DNA of 42,005 nucleotides, the filler included, from an uncultured virus (IMG/VR IMGVR_UViG_2061766007_001905) (taxonomy: Duplodnaviria > Heunggongvirae > Uroviricota > Caudoviricetes). It is 15 parts of one record of this genome, joined end to end, with 100 filler letters (N's around TTAATTAATTAA, not from the genome) between each part and the next. Parts side by side here need not be neighbours in the genome. Positions count along the whole stretch, not along the records: positions 21,067 to 24,040 come from IMGVR_UViG_2061766007_001905; positions 24,141 to 25,175 come from IMGVR_UViG_2061766007_001905; positions 25,276 to 25,780 come from IMGVR_UViG_2061766007_001905; positions 25,881 to 27,003 come from IMGVR_UViG_2061766007_001905; positions 27,104 to 35,083 come from IMGVR_UViG_2061766007_001905; 10 more parts are not named here. One strand, 5' to 3'. The notes below the pieces were generated by a model. The model ran no database searches and was not told the DNA's origin. It saw only the letters and a program-made list of their open reading frames with translations. Shown in pieces: positions 22,000 through 31,585 of the stretch. How positions within the stretch are numbered: position 1 is the first letter of the stretch; every line of letters starts with the position of its first letter. The position numbers were made by a program, and so were the translations under genes.

Positions 22000-23090
22000 N
22001 NNNNNNNNNNNNNNNNNNNNNNNNNNAACATGCTACAGACATCACAACCCTACTACAACGAGCAAGGAGAGGAAGTAATGCTCCTTACTTACACCAACGG
22101 GAACACTGAGGAATGTAAATATCTTAGAAAAGGAAGAGATTATTAANNNNNNNNNNNNNNNNNNNNNNNNNNNNNNNNNNNNNNNNNNNNNNNNNNNNNN
22201 NNNNNNNNNNNNNNNNNNNNNNNNNNNNNNNNNNNNNNNNNNNNNNNNNNNNNNNNNNNNNNNNNNNNNNNNNNNNNNNNNNNNNNNNNNNNNNNNNNNN
22301 NNNNNNNNNNNNNNNNNNNNNNNNNNNNNNNNNNNNNNNNNNNNNNNNNNNNNNNNNNNNNNNNNNNNNNNNNNNNNNNNNNNNNNNNNNNNNNNNNNNN
22401 NNNNNNNNNNNNNNNNNNNNNNNNNNNNNNNNNNNNNNNNNNNNNNNNNNNNNNNNNNNNNNNNNNNNNNNNNNNNNNNNNNNNNNNNNNNNNNNNNNNN
22501 NNNNNNNNNNNNNNNNNNNNNNNNNNNNNNNNNNNNNNNNNNNNNNNNNNNNNNNNNNNNNNNNNNNNNNNNNNNNNNNNNNNNNNNNNNNNNNNNNNNN
22601 NNNNNNNNNNNNNNNNNNNNNNNNNNNNNNNNNNNNNNNNNNNNNNNNNNNNNNNNNNNNNNNNNNNNNNNNNNNNNNNNNNNNNNNNNNNNNNNNNNNN
22701 NNNNNNNNNNNNNNNNNNNNNNNNNNNNNNNNNNNNNNNNNNNNNNNNNNNNNNNNNNNNNNNNNNNNNNNNNNNNNNNNNNNNNNNNNNNNNNNNNNNN
22801 NNNNNNNNNNNNNNNNNNNNNNNNNNNNNNNNNNNNNNNNNNNNNNNNNNNNNNNNNNNNNNNNNNNNNNNNNNNNNNNNNNNNNNNNNNNNNNNNNNNN
22901 NNNNNNNNNNNNNNNNNNNNNNNNNNNNNNNNNNNNNNNNNNNNNNNNNNNNNNNNNNNNNNNNNNNNNNNNNNNNNNNNNNNNNNNNNNNNNNNNNNNN
23001 NNNNNNNNNNNNNNNNNNNNNNNNNNNNNNNNNNNNNNNNNNNNNNNNNNNNNNNNNNNNNNNNNNNNNNNNNNNNNNNNNNNNNNNNNN

Positions 23091-23477
23091 GAGAAGCTGG
23101 AGGAACTTGAGAATCTCGGCATCCGCGAAAAGGACGCAATGATATTGATGGGGGACGCAGGATGGTGGGGGAAAGGCTTTGCACCCTTCCAACTGAGCAA
23201 CAACCTCGCCAAGATTAAGGACACCCAGGCACGTATCGACCGCCTCACGAAGATGGTCAACACCGAGGACAGGACAGAGGAATACGAATGGGGCAGCATC
23301 GAATACTGCTACAGCGAGGAACGTCTGAGGCTCCACTTCAACGAGATTCCCGAAGAGGAACTGAGGGCAAGGTTGAAAGGCTCTGCTTTCAAGTGGTCAC
23401 GCTTAAACCAGGCATGGCAGCGTCAGCTAACGGACAATGCCATCTATGCAGCAAAAAGAATTCTAAACATCAAGTAA
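23091..23477 (+). CDS. DUF3560-related protein, C-terminal half
   Basis: FQLSNNLAKIK..ERLRLHFNEIPEEELRARLKGSAFKWSRLNQAWQRQLTDNA motif. Confidence 0.6.
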   Translation, partial: EKLEELENLGIREKDAMILMGDAGWWGKGFAPFQLSNNLAKIKDTQARIDRLTKMVNTEDRTEEYEWGSIEYCYSEERLRLHFNEIPEEELRARLKGSAFKWSRLNQAWQRQLTDNAIYAAKRILNIK

Positions 23478-23481
23478 AACA

Positions 23482-23853
23482 ATGAAAGCAAGAATCAAGA
23501 AGACTGGCGAACTGGTGAATTTAGCACCCTATGCCAAGATAACACTCAATACATGTGACAGCTACGGTAGCCCCATAGAACTCAGTCCGGAAGAGGTGGA
23601 ACTTGTGCAAGAAACGAGTGACAGTAATATTGATTGGGAACAGCGCAGGTATGAGATAGCCCGGACTGTCCTTCCATATTGCGCTGAGACGACACGCACC
23701 ATTCTCATGAGTGGCCATGGTATCGGTGACCAGTACGCAGGAAAGACCATACCAGATGCTGNNNNNNNNNNAGAAAAGACCATACCACGAGCTGTCATTG
23801 AACAGGCGATACAATATGCTGACGCACTCATTGAAAGACTCAAAAGCAAATAG
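23482..23853 (+). CDS. Conserved Bacteroidales phage hypothetical protein
   Basis: MKARIKKTGE..IDWEQRRYEIAR..AIQYADALIERLK. Confidence 0.75.
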   Translation: MKARIKKTGELVNLAPYAKITLNTCDSYGSPIELSPEEVELVQETSDSNIDWEQRRYEIARTVLPYCAETTRTILMSGHGIGDQYAGKTIPDAXXXXEKTIPRAVIEQAIQYADALIERLKSK

Positions 23854-23855
23854 CA

Positions 23856-24040
23856 ATGAAGACACGAAAAGTTATCCATGTGGAACTGAAAGAGCCGGGA
23901 GACAGGCCAAAGCATTATTACTTTGGCTCGAAAAAGGCCGTGTATGACGTTTTGTCAAACGAGGTAGTGGGAATCACTTACAAGACTCTTTTGAACTGCG
24001 TAAAGCTCTCTAAAGAGCCGTACGAGAATAAAAAGTGCAT
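23856..24040 (+). CDS. Small hypothetical protein
   Basis: MKTRKVIHVELKE..HYYFGSKKAVYD..PYENKKC; starts 2 nt after the previous stop. Confidence 0.7.
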
Positions 24041-24140
24041 NNNNNNNNNNNNNNNNNNNNNNNNNNNNNNNNNNNNNNNNNNNNTTAATTAATTAANNNN
24101 NNNNNNNNNNNNNNNNNNNNNNNNNNNNNNNNNNNNNNNN

Positions 24141-24501
24141 GAGTCCATGGCCTCCTGGTTACGGGCAAACCACCGTGCAAAGTGGTTGTCCTCTTGCAGT
24201 TCCTTGCCGAACAGCCTTGTGAGCATCAGGTCGGTGGCGGCGTTGGCGTTGTCCCATTCGGCTGTCACGCCGTTCCTGATTTCCTGGTACACGGCGCTGT
24301 AGAGCCCTCGGAGGATGGCGGTCGCNNNNNNNNNNNNNNNNNNNNNNNNNNNNNNNNNNNNNNNNNNTCGGGCTCCATGTCAACCTTTGCCGCAAGGTCG
24401 AGCAGGGCGTTCACGGCAGACGTGAAGTGCCTGCTCACGGCAGACGCATATCCCTCGGTCCGGCCGAACAGCCCGTTGATGTACTGCATGATTGCGGCTT
24501 C
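24141..24501 (-). CDS. Minor head morphogenesis protein (Mu gpF / SPP1 gp7-like), N-terminal fragment
   Basis: ..RTEGYASAVSRHF..LYSAVYQEIRNGVTAEWDNANAATD..RWFARNQEAMD; downstream of the portal end and a small Cys protein. Confidence 0.55.
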
Positions 24502-24548
24502 NNNNNNNNNNNNNNNNNNNNNNNNNNNNNNNNNNNNNNNNNNNNNNN

Positions 24549-24691
24549 CTGCTGAACCTGTGATGGGGGCAACGGCACATGAAGAACTCGCCCTTGACGC
24601 TCTTCTCGTGCCAGTCGTAGCTGTTCTCGCAGTCACGGCACAGGTGACGCACGCCATTGCCGCCCTGTTTCCTCGCTCTCCCTGCAGCCAT
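24549..24691 (-). CDS. Small Cys-rich protein
   Basis: MAAGRARKQG..HLCRDCENSYDWHEK..FFMCRCPHH; ATG overlaps an upstream TGA (GGAK*, probable portal end). Confidence 0.65.
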
Positions 24692-24716
24692 CACTTAGCC
24701 CCTCCGNNNNNNNNNN

Positions 24717-24777
24717 GTATGATGGTGACTTCATCGTGGGTGACGTGTTGGTATGCACTAACAAACAAATAAGATAG
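24717..24777 (+). CDS. DUF3846-like protein, C-terminal fragment
   Basis: YDGDFIVGDVLVCTNKQIR*. Confidence 0.45.
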
Positions 24778-24781
24778 CGAC

Positions 24782-25175
24782 ATGGCACAGATTACAAGAC
24801 GCGCCTCAGTAGAGGCATTGAAGAAAGAGGCTTACGAGGCCAACAGGTGGAGCAGCTTCGACCCTGAGAGGGCTGGCGAAGTGTTGCTGAACTGCTGCGA
24901 GAGTGAACTGAGTGATTTCCTCTCGAAGATACCAGAGGAATTCCATGAGGAGTATGAGAAACGTTTCATAGAGCTGTTCCGCCANNNNNNNNNNNNNNNN
25001 NNNNNNNNNNNNNNNNNNNNNNNNNNNNNNNNNNNNNNNNNNNNNNNNNNNNNNNNNNNNGTGGGAGCGCTCGGCCCGCGAGAAACTGAACGAATGGGTG
25101 AAGCGTGTCATCAAGCGTCTCAACCGACAGCACCGCTTGACGGGCTGGGAAGAAATCGAGCGCCTGCAAGAGAAG
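24782..25175 (+). CDS. DUF3560-related protein, N-terminal half
   Basis: AYEANRWSSFDPERAG..YEKRFIELFR..WERSAREKLNEW..EEIERLQEK; probably the missing first half of 23091-23477. Confidence 0.55.
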
Positions 25176-25275
25176 NNNNNNNNNNNNNNNNNNNNNNNNN
25201 NNNNNNNNNNNNNNNNNNNTTAATTAATTAANNNNNNNNNNNNNNNNNNNNNNNNNNNNNNNNNNNNNNNNNNNN

Positions 25276-25780
25276 GCAGCCTTGATGACGAGGTACGGGT
25301 CGGAGAAGTAGTCGTTGGTGTCCGCCCGTCTCGACGCCACGTATTCCTCGCGGTCTATCAGCTTCTGCACGCCGTCCCATTCCTTCTTCTGGCGGAAGTA
25401 GATGACGGGAATCTTGCCGATGGGGTTGTCCTCCTCCTCTACCTCCCAACCGAACGAGCCCTGCGTGCAATGGTAGATGACGGAGTCGGTGAAGATGTCG
25501 AGGTGATAGGTGGTCTTCCCGGCAATGTCCTTGCCGTAATGGCCCCATGCGAACGTGATGAGGTTCTCGTACACGTCCCAGCGGGTGTAAATCTCGTCGT
25601 GCTTGGAGTTTGCGAGCACGCGAATCTGGCAGTCGGGCTCCCCTTTCTTGTTGCGGAACACGCGGAACAGCATTGCCGACTCCGTCTCCGATCCAGCCAG
25701 TCGCTTGCACTGGCGAATCTTGCTGTTGAAGTGCATCTTCTTCAGCAGATTCGTGAAAGCCTGAAAGCCTTCGTCCGCCC
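25276..25780 (-). CDS. Portal protein (SPP1 gp6-like), internal fragment
   Basis: KRLAGSETESA..NPIGKIPVIYFRQKKEWDGVQKLIDREE..ADTNDYFSDPYLVIK. Confidence 0.88.
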
Positions 25781-25880
25781 NNNNNNNNNNNNNNNNNNNN
25801 NNNNNNNNNNNNNNNNNNNNNNNNTTAATTAATTAANNNNNNNNNNNNNNNNNNNNNNNNNNNNNNNNNNNNNNNNNNNN

Positions 25881-26402
25881 TCTCCTTTCCGCAATGGGGA
25901 CAGACGATGGTGTGGGCGGTTTGCATCCCTTCCTCGATATCGTTACGCTCCTGTACGTCCTCTTGCTGTTTTTCATCTGTGAACTTCTGCTGCTGTATCG
26001 CTGGCTCATGGAAGTCAACGCCCATGTTGTCTGGTACGTTCTCCTTGATGATGGCTTCAAGGTATTCGGNNNNNNNNNNNNNNNNNNNAAGTCGATGTAG
26101 GACATGGACTGAATCTTATTGTCCTCGACAACGATTCTGAGCTTCTGTTTCTCAGAAAGGCCATGCATGATTGTGACCTCGCCCTTCTTCTCACCCAGCA
26201 GCTCCAGGGCCAGCTTCTTTCCGTGGCCACACAGGATTTTCATATTCTCGTCAACGATGATGGGATAGTACTGGCCGTATTCGTCCATACTCTCCGCAAG
26301 TGCCTTGACCTGTTCCTCGGGGTGAATGTTAGGGTTGTTTTCGTATGGTACGAGCTTTGACAGCTCAACCACCTTCTTCTCTTGCTTGATGTTCGTTTTC
26401 AT
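25881..26402 (-). CDS. ParB/Sulfiredoxin-like N-terminal domain protein with C-terminal CPHCG knuckle
   Basis: LVPYENNPNIH..LAESMDEYGQYYPIIVDENMKILCGHGKKLAL..DNK..IVCPHCGKE; ATG overlaps the upstream stop. Confidence 0.88.
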
Positions 26403-27003
26403 TGCATTATTGATGTTAGGAATTGTCTTGCTGAATTGATATATACCGATGCGGCCATAACAACGTGAGGGTCGATGTCGTAAACATCCTGCCAGGAGTA
26501 CTCGCGCTCGGGCCACAGTCCTGTACCCTTAGTCCATCCATCCTTAGAGCCATAGAGCACCCAAGGCAGATTGTCGTGCATGAAGTAGTGGATGACGGCC
26601 ATCACCTGCTCATGAGTCCAGTGTGATATCGGATTGTATCTGGTTTCCCCAGCTTTTGTCCTGTAGATGTTGGAGCCNNNNNNNNNNNNNNNNNNNNNNN
26701 NNCTGTGAACGTCTGCCGAGAATGAGAAACTTGATACCCATCCGTTCGCAGTATTCACGCTGCCCGGCATATTGCAGTTTCTCCATCCAACGGGAGTTCA
26801 TCTTTGCATCAGATGGGAACAGCATTTCGGGATGATCCGAAAGCCAACTCAGGGAAAGATGGTCGAGGTTGATGATGGTCATGCCGACTGGATGGTACTG
26901 ATACACCCATTGAAGGAATGCTGGATATTCCAGAGCCTTCGAGGTGCAGAACACACAACGATGGATTTCAGCCTGTTCACACACATACTGGAGAGCCAGC
27001 GAA
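26399..27003 (-). CDS. PAPS-reductase-family (PP-loop, adenine nucleotide alpha-hydrolase) protein, N-terminus missing
   Basis: Fragment starts SLAL (would follow SGGKD), then LEYPAF, ILGRRSQ (GxRxx) and RYNPISHWTHEQV (P(I/L)xxW) motifs. Confidence 0.75.
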
Positions 27004-27103
27004 NNNNNNNNNNNNNNNNNNNNNNNNNNNNNNNNNNNNNNNNNNNNTTAATTAATTAANNNNNNNNNNNNNNNNNNNNNNNNNNNNNNNNNNNNNNNNN
27101 NNN

Positions 27104-28378
27104 CCTGATACACTTGATGGCCCATACAGAAGGGAGCATGACACTACTGCGCAAAGTACCGTACAACAGGAACAGATACACGATGGTCATGCCTGGTATG
27201 TTGGCAATGGTGATGGCAAAGATTGCTACTGCAATCATAGCCATCTTCGCTGTCCTTATCTCGTTGCCAAACAAAAGGAACAGGAAACGGTTGTTCTGAA
27301 TGCGCTCATGCCATTTCCTGTTGCATGACAGTCTGACGTCGATATCGTGTCCCGATACAGATGATACGGCACACAGGATGCTGTCAACGGTACTCATGAG
27401 ACCTGAGAGTATCAGCAGCAGGAATGGATATACGAACCATTTGGGTGCAAACGCGATTACAGACGCTACGTTGGTGAGTTGTGTGTCAGGTATAGCTAAA
27501 TGTGCCCCTGCAGCTATAAACCCGAGGAAAGACAAGGAAATGGGCACGCAAGCGAAAATTAGTGCCGCAAACATCATCGACTTCTTCACTTGCCCCTCTT
27601 TGATGGAGAAAACACGCTGCCAAAACATTTGGTCGCCAAATGTACCAGAGAGCAATCCTATTGCCGTGGGAATTCCGAATGACAGCATGACATTGATGCC
27701 GTTTGAGTCGGTGAGCGATCCGAAAACTCCAGTTNNNNNNNNNNNAACGTGCCCGGCTCCGTATTGCTGAATATGATGGGCAGTCCTACTGCCAGCACAA
27801 CGATTATCCATAACATCTGCCAGAAGTCCGTCATGATTGATGCCCTGATTCCCTTGGTTAGAGTGTAGGCAAGGGGAATGAAGGCCAGCGCAATAGTGGT
27901 TCCGAAGAACGGAAGGCCAGTCAGCTTATGCAGGATTGTGGCACCTGCCAACAGTTGGACGGCAAAACTCAACGTCTGGAGTCCGAACGATTCCACAAGG
28001 TAGAGATTATGCGTTCGGTTGGAATACTTCTCACGGATGAATGCCGAGAACGTCCATCCGTCAGGTTTTATCTTGCGCATCCAGCTCGCAAAATAACCGA
28101 ACAATACCAAAGTCAGTACATTCGGCACTACAAACCAGAATACACCTACAAGTCCCTGAGTATAGGCTTTCTCTGCTGCTACGAACATCGATGGCGCCCA
28201 TACCCATGTGGCAGCGATTGANNNNNNNNNNNNNNNNNNNNNNNNNNNNNNNNNNNNNNNNNNNNNCTAAATAACTCTCCTTTGTTCCCTTTTCTCTGAT
28301 GAACCTAATCAGGAACATCAGCACGGCGAAGTAGCCCAATAAGAGCAAAACGCCGTCCATTTTAGTCAAAATTTCCAT
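27104..28378 (-). CDS. Sodium:solute symporter family transporter (Dur3/PutP-like), C-terminus missing
   Basis: Many TM helices; SIAATWVWAPSMFVAAEKAYTQG, YTLTKGIRASIMTDFWQ, GDQMFWQRVFS, GLMSTVDSILCAVSSV motifs. Confidence 0.9.
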
Positions 28379-28409
28379 TGTTCTTTTATGTGTAACATTT
28401 GTAATGCCG

Positions 28410-28441
28410 CAAATATACAAATTTATGTGCTTGATAGGCAC
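28410..28441 (-). promoter_or_regulatory. Bacteroidetes-type promoter -7 box with upstream imperfect palindrome
   Basis: Minus strand TATATTTG (28410-28417) matches TAnnTTTG; GTGCCTATCAAGCAC (28427-28441) lies near where the -33 TTTG is expected. Confidence 0.6.
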
Positions 28442-28711
28442 TTTTATAGGCAAAAAAACTCAGTCAGCCNNNNNNNNNNNNNNNNNNNNNNNNNNNNNNN
28501 NNNNNNNNNNNNNNNNNNNNNNNNNNNNNNNNNNNNNNNNNNNNNNNNNNNNNNNNNNNNNNNNNNNNNNNNNNNNNNNNNNNNNNNNNNNNNNNNNNNN
28601 NNNNNNNNNNNNNNNNNNNNNNNNNNNNNNNNNNNNNNNNNNNNNNNNNNNNNNNNNNNNNNNNNNNNNNNNNNNNNNNNNNNNNNNNNNNNNNNNNNNN
28701 NNNNNNNNNNN

Positions 28712-29013
28712 GTAGCACTTGCGCCCATGGCCGTCTTCGTAGGAGCGGGTCTTTATCTTCCCCTCCACGTAGAGCTTGGAGCCCTTGTGCACGTAGCGTT
28801 CTATCACTTCGGCAGTCTTTCCCCATGCTATGAGGTTGTGCCACTCCGTTCTCTCAGGCACCTGTGTGCCGTTCTGCAGGGTGTACCCACGCTNNNNNNN
28901 NNNNNNNNNNNNNNNNNNNNNNNNNNNNNNNNNNNNNNNNNNNNNCTTGAATAGGTCGTCACCTTCGGGTCTGCGCCGACGTTCCCGACCAGTATTGCCT
29001 TGTTTATCGACAT
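28712..29013 (-). CDS. ssb: Single-stranded DNA-binding protein
   Basis: MSINKAILVGNVGADP..ERTEWHNLIAWGKTAEVIERYVHKGSKLYVEGKIKTRSYED. Confidence 0.95.
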
Positions 29014-29054
29014 ATAGATTGTACTATTTATGATTATACTACTATACACCACCC

Positions 29055-29415
29055 TTACAATTGGGTAGTACTATTCCCTGTATTGTAGCGGAAGTCCGTG
29101 AAGTGGATGATCACGCCGCTGAAGACCGTCCTGTCGAGTCCCTGCCCGAAGAACCAGTCCTTGAACTCCTCGAGCGTCATGCCGTCGTTGCGCGCCAGCT
29201 GCTCGATGTCGTCGAACCTCTTGCCGTCGATGACGCACCTCAGCTCGTCGGTGCCGCGGTCGTAGTTCATGGTGATGCGCTGGTAGCCCGCCTTGCGGTA
29301 CTGCTTGATTTCCCTTTGCTTCACTCCCTTCCCGTAGGGCTTGCCGTCCCACTCGCGGACTGACAGCACGTAGTTGAGGGTGTTCACCTTGTCGATGTTG
29401 TGGGCCCAGCCGTCG
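29055..29415 (-). CDS. ASCH/PUA-like domain protein (start in gap)
   Basis: LSVREWDGKPY..QLARNDGMTLEEFKDWF..GVIIHFTDFRY, like the A..DGf...ef..wF ending of ASCH domains. Confidence 0.55.
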
Positions 29416-30214
29416 NNNNNNNNNNNNNNNNNNNNNNNNNNNNNNNNNNNNNNNNNNNNNNNNNNNNNNNNNNNNNNNNNNNNNNNNNNNNNNNNNNNNN
29501 NNNNNNNNNNNNNNNNNNNNNNNNNNNNNNNNNNNNNNNNNNNNNNNNNNNNNNNNNNNNNNNNNNNNNNNNNNNNNNNNNNNNNNNNNNNNNNNNNNNN
29601 NNNNNNNNNNNNNNNNNNNNNNNNNNNNNNNNNNNNNNNNNNNNNNNNNNNNNNNNNNNNNNNNNNNNNNNNNNNNNNNNNNNNNNNNNNNNNNNNNNNN
29701 NNNNNNNNNNNNNNNNNNNNNNNNNNNNNNNNNNNNNNNNNNNNNNNNNNNNNNNNNNNNNNNNNNNNNNNNNNNNNNNNNNNNNNNNNNNNNNNNNNNN
29801 NNNNNNNNNNNNNNNNNNNNNNNNNNNNNNNNNNNNNNNNNNNNNNNNNNNNNNNNNNNNNNNNNNNNNNNNNNNNNNNNNNNNNNNNNNNNNNNNNNNN
29901 NNNNNNNNNNNNNNNNNNNNNNNNNNNNNNNNNNNNNNNNNNNNNNNNNNNNNNNNNNNNNNNNNNNNNNNNNNNNNNNNNNNNNNNNNNNNNNNNNNNN
30001 NNNNNNNNNNNNNNNNNNNNNNNNNNNNNNNNNNNNNNNNNNNNNNNNNNNNNNNNNNNNNNNNNNNNNNNNNNNNNNNNNNNNNNNNNNNNNNNNNNNN
30101 NNNNNNNNNNNNNNNNNNNNNNNNNNNNNNNNNNNNNNNNNNNNNNNNNNNNNNNNNNNNNNNNNNNNNNNNNNNNNNNNNNNNNNNNNNNNNNNNNNNN
30201 NNNNNNNNNNNNNN

Positions 30215-30637
30215 CGGGGATGCGCTCTCCGCGTGCCTTCCTTTCCTCAGCCTCCTGCTTCATGCGGACGGCGGTTTCCTCGTAGATGCCATATCGTCGG
30301 CAGGATTCGTGGGCGTGGCAGGTGGCGTTCCACTGCATTTTCTNNNNNNNNNNNNNNNNNNNNNNNNNNNNNNNNNNNNNNNNNNNNNNNNNNNNNNNNN
30401 NNNNNNNNNNNNNNNNNNNNNNNNNNNNNNNNNNNNNNNNNNNNNNNNNNNNNNNNNNNNNNNNNNNNNNTCGGTCTTTCTTCCATCCGCGAGGATAGGC
30501 TATATAGTCTTGCAGCGCGTCAACGCTGATGTCGTACCTTCGGGCAATCTCCCTGTTTGGGGTAACGGGGTACAGCCGCTCTATCTCGCNNNNNNNNNNN
30601 NNNNNNNNNNNNNNNNNTAGTTTCTCATACGCGTCAT
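30215..30637 (-). CDS. Putative helix-turn-helix protein (gapped)
   Basis: Manual frame EIERLYPVTPNREIARRYDISVDALQDYIAYPRGWKKD; boundaries uncertain. Confidence 0.4.
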
Positions 30638-30650
30638 TTGAAATTGTTAT

Positions 30651-31322
30651 TCACCGCTGGCGTGGATTGCTGCGGATGCGGTGCCAGTGATTGGGCTTTC
30701 CGTGCCCTCCGTGCTTCTTGTATGGGTGTAGCCTCTCGATGTACTGAGGACATTCTGGCTTTGCAGGGAGCAACAGATCCTCAACATAGCACATCTTATC
30801 CGCAATATCTTGAAGCTTCAGAGCCATAGACTCCAGTTCCTCTTTTATGTCCGGAACTTGGGCAATATAGCCGACTACCAACTGGCCGTCCTTCAGGTCG
30901 CCTCTTTCTTCTGCTTCACGGAACAGCTCTTTCACCTTCTCTTCTACCAGATTGGCATCGAGGCCCGTTTCATCTGCAATCTGCAGGATGNNNNNNNNNN
31001 NNNNNNNNNNNNNNNNNNNGATATAGTCACATATTTGCGTTCGTACGTCATACGTCTGCCTCCTTACGTTTTCCATGTTCCACAATATCTGAAAACGGTA
31101 GCTTTCGGTGTCACTCTCTCCACCTCGAAACCGTAGCACTTGTCCTCCCAATCTGTCGCGATNNNNNNNNNNNNNNNNNNNNNNNNNNNNNNNNNNNNNN
31201 NNNNNNNNNNNNNNNNNNNNNNNNNNNNNNNNNNNNNNNNNNNNNNNNNNNNNNNNNNATTGCCGCTTGTAGGCTTCCATGTCCTCAATCAAGTCATGGA
31301 ACCGTTCTATAACCGTCAACAT
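30651..31322 (-). CDS. Hypothetical protein
   Basis: Long ORF on the operon strand, interrupted only by gaps. Confidence 0.55.
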   Translation of the reverse strand: MLTVIERFHDLIEDMEAYKRQXXXXXXXXXXXXXXXXXXXXXXXXXXXXXXXXXRDRLGGQVLRFRGGESDTESYRFQILWNMENVRRQTYDVRTQICDYIXXXXXXXXXXILQIADETGLDANLVEEKVKELFREAEERGDLKDGQLVVGYIAQVPDIKEELESMALKLQDIADKMCYVEDLLLPAKPECPQYIERLHPYKKHGGHGKPNHWHRIRSNPRQR

Positions 31323-31532
31323 TCCTTGCCCTCCCTGTCAAATAGTGATGGCTCACGGTTTACTATTCTGTTTACTCTCTCTATCTCAGCGTCAAGCTGG
31401 CTTTCGAGGTTGCGGCTGATGTCAAGGAGGGANNNNNNNNNNNNNNNNNNNNNNNNNNNNNNNNNNNNNNNNNNNNNNNNNNNNNNCCTTGCGTACTTTT
31501 ACCGTTAGCTCAAAGAATTGTCTTGCATTCAT
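31316..31532 (-). CDS. Small hypothetical protein
   Basis: MNARQFFELTVKVRK..SRNLESQLDAEIERVNRI..*. Confidence 0.6.
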
Positions 31533-31585
31533 ACTACTATGATATTAAATATTACTATACACAATACTCACTACATTGTACCATG

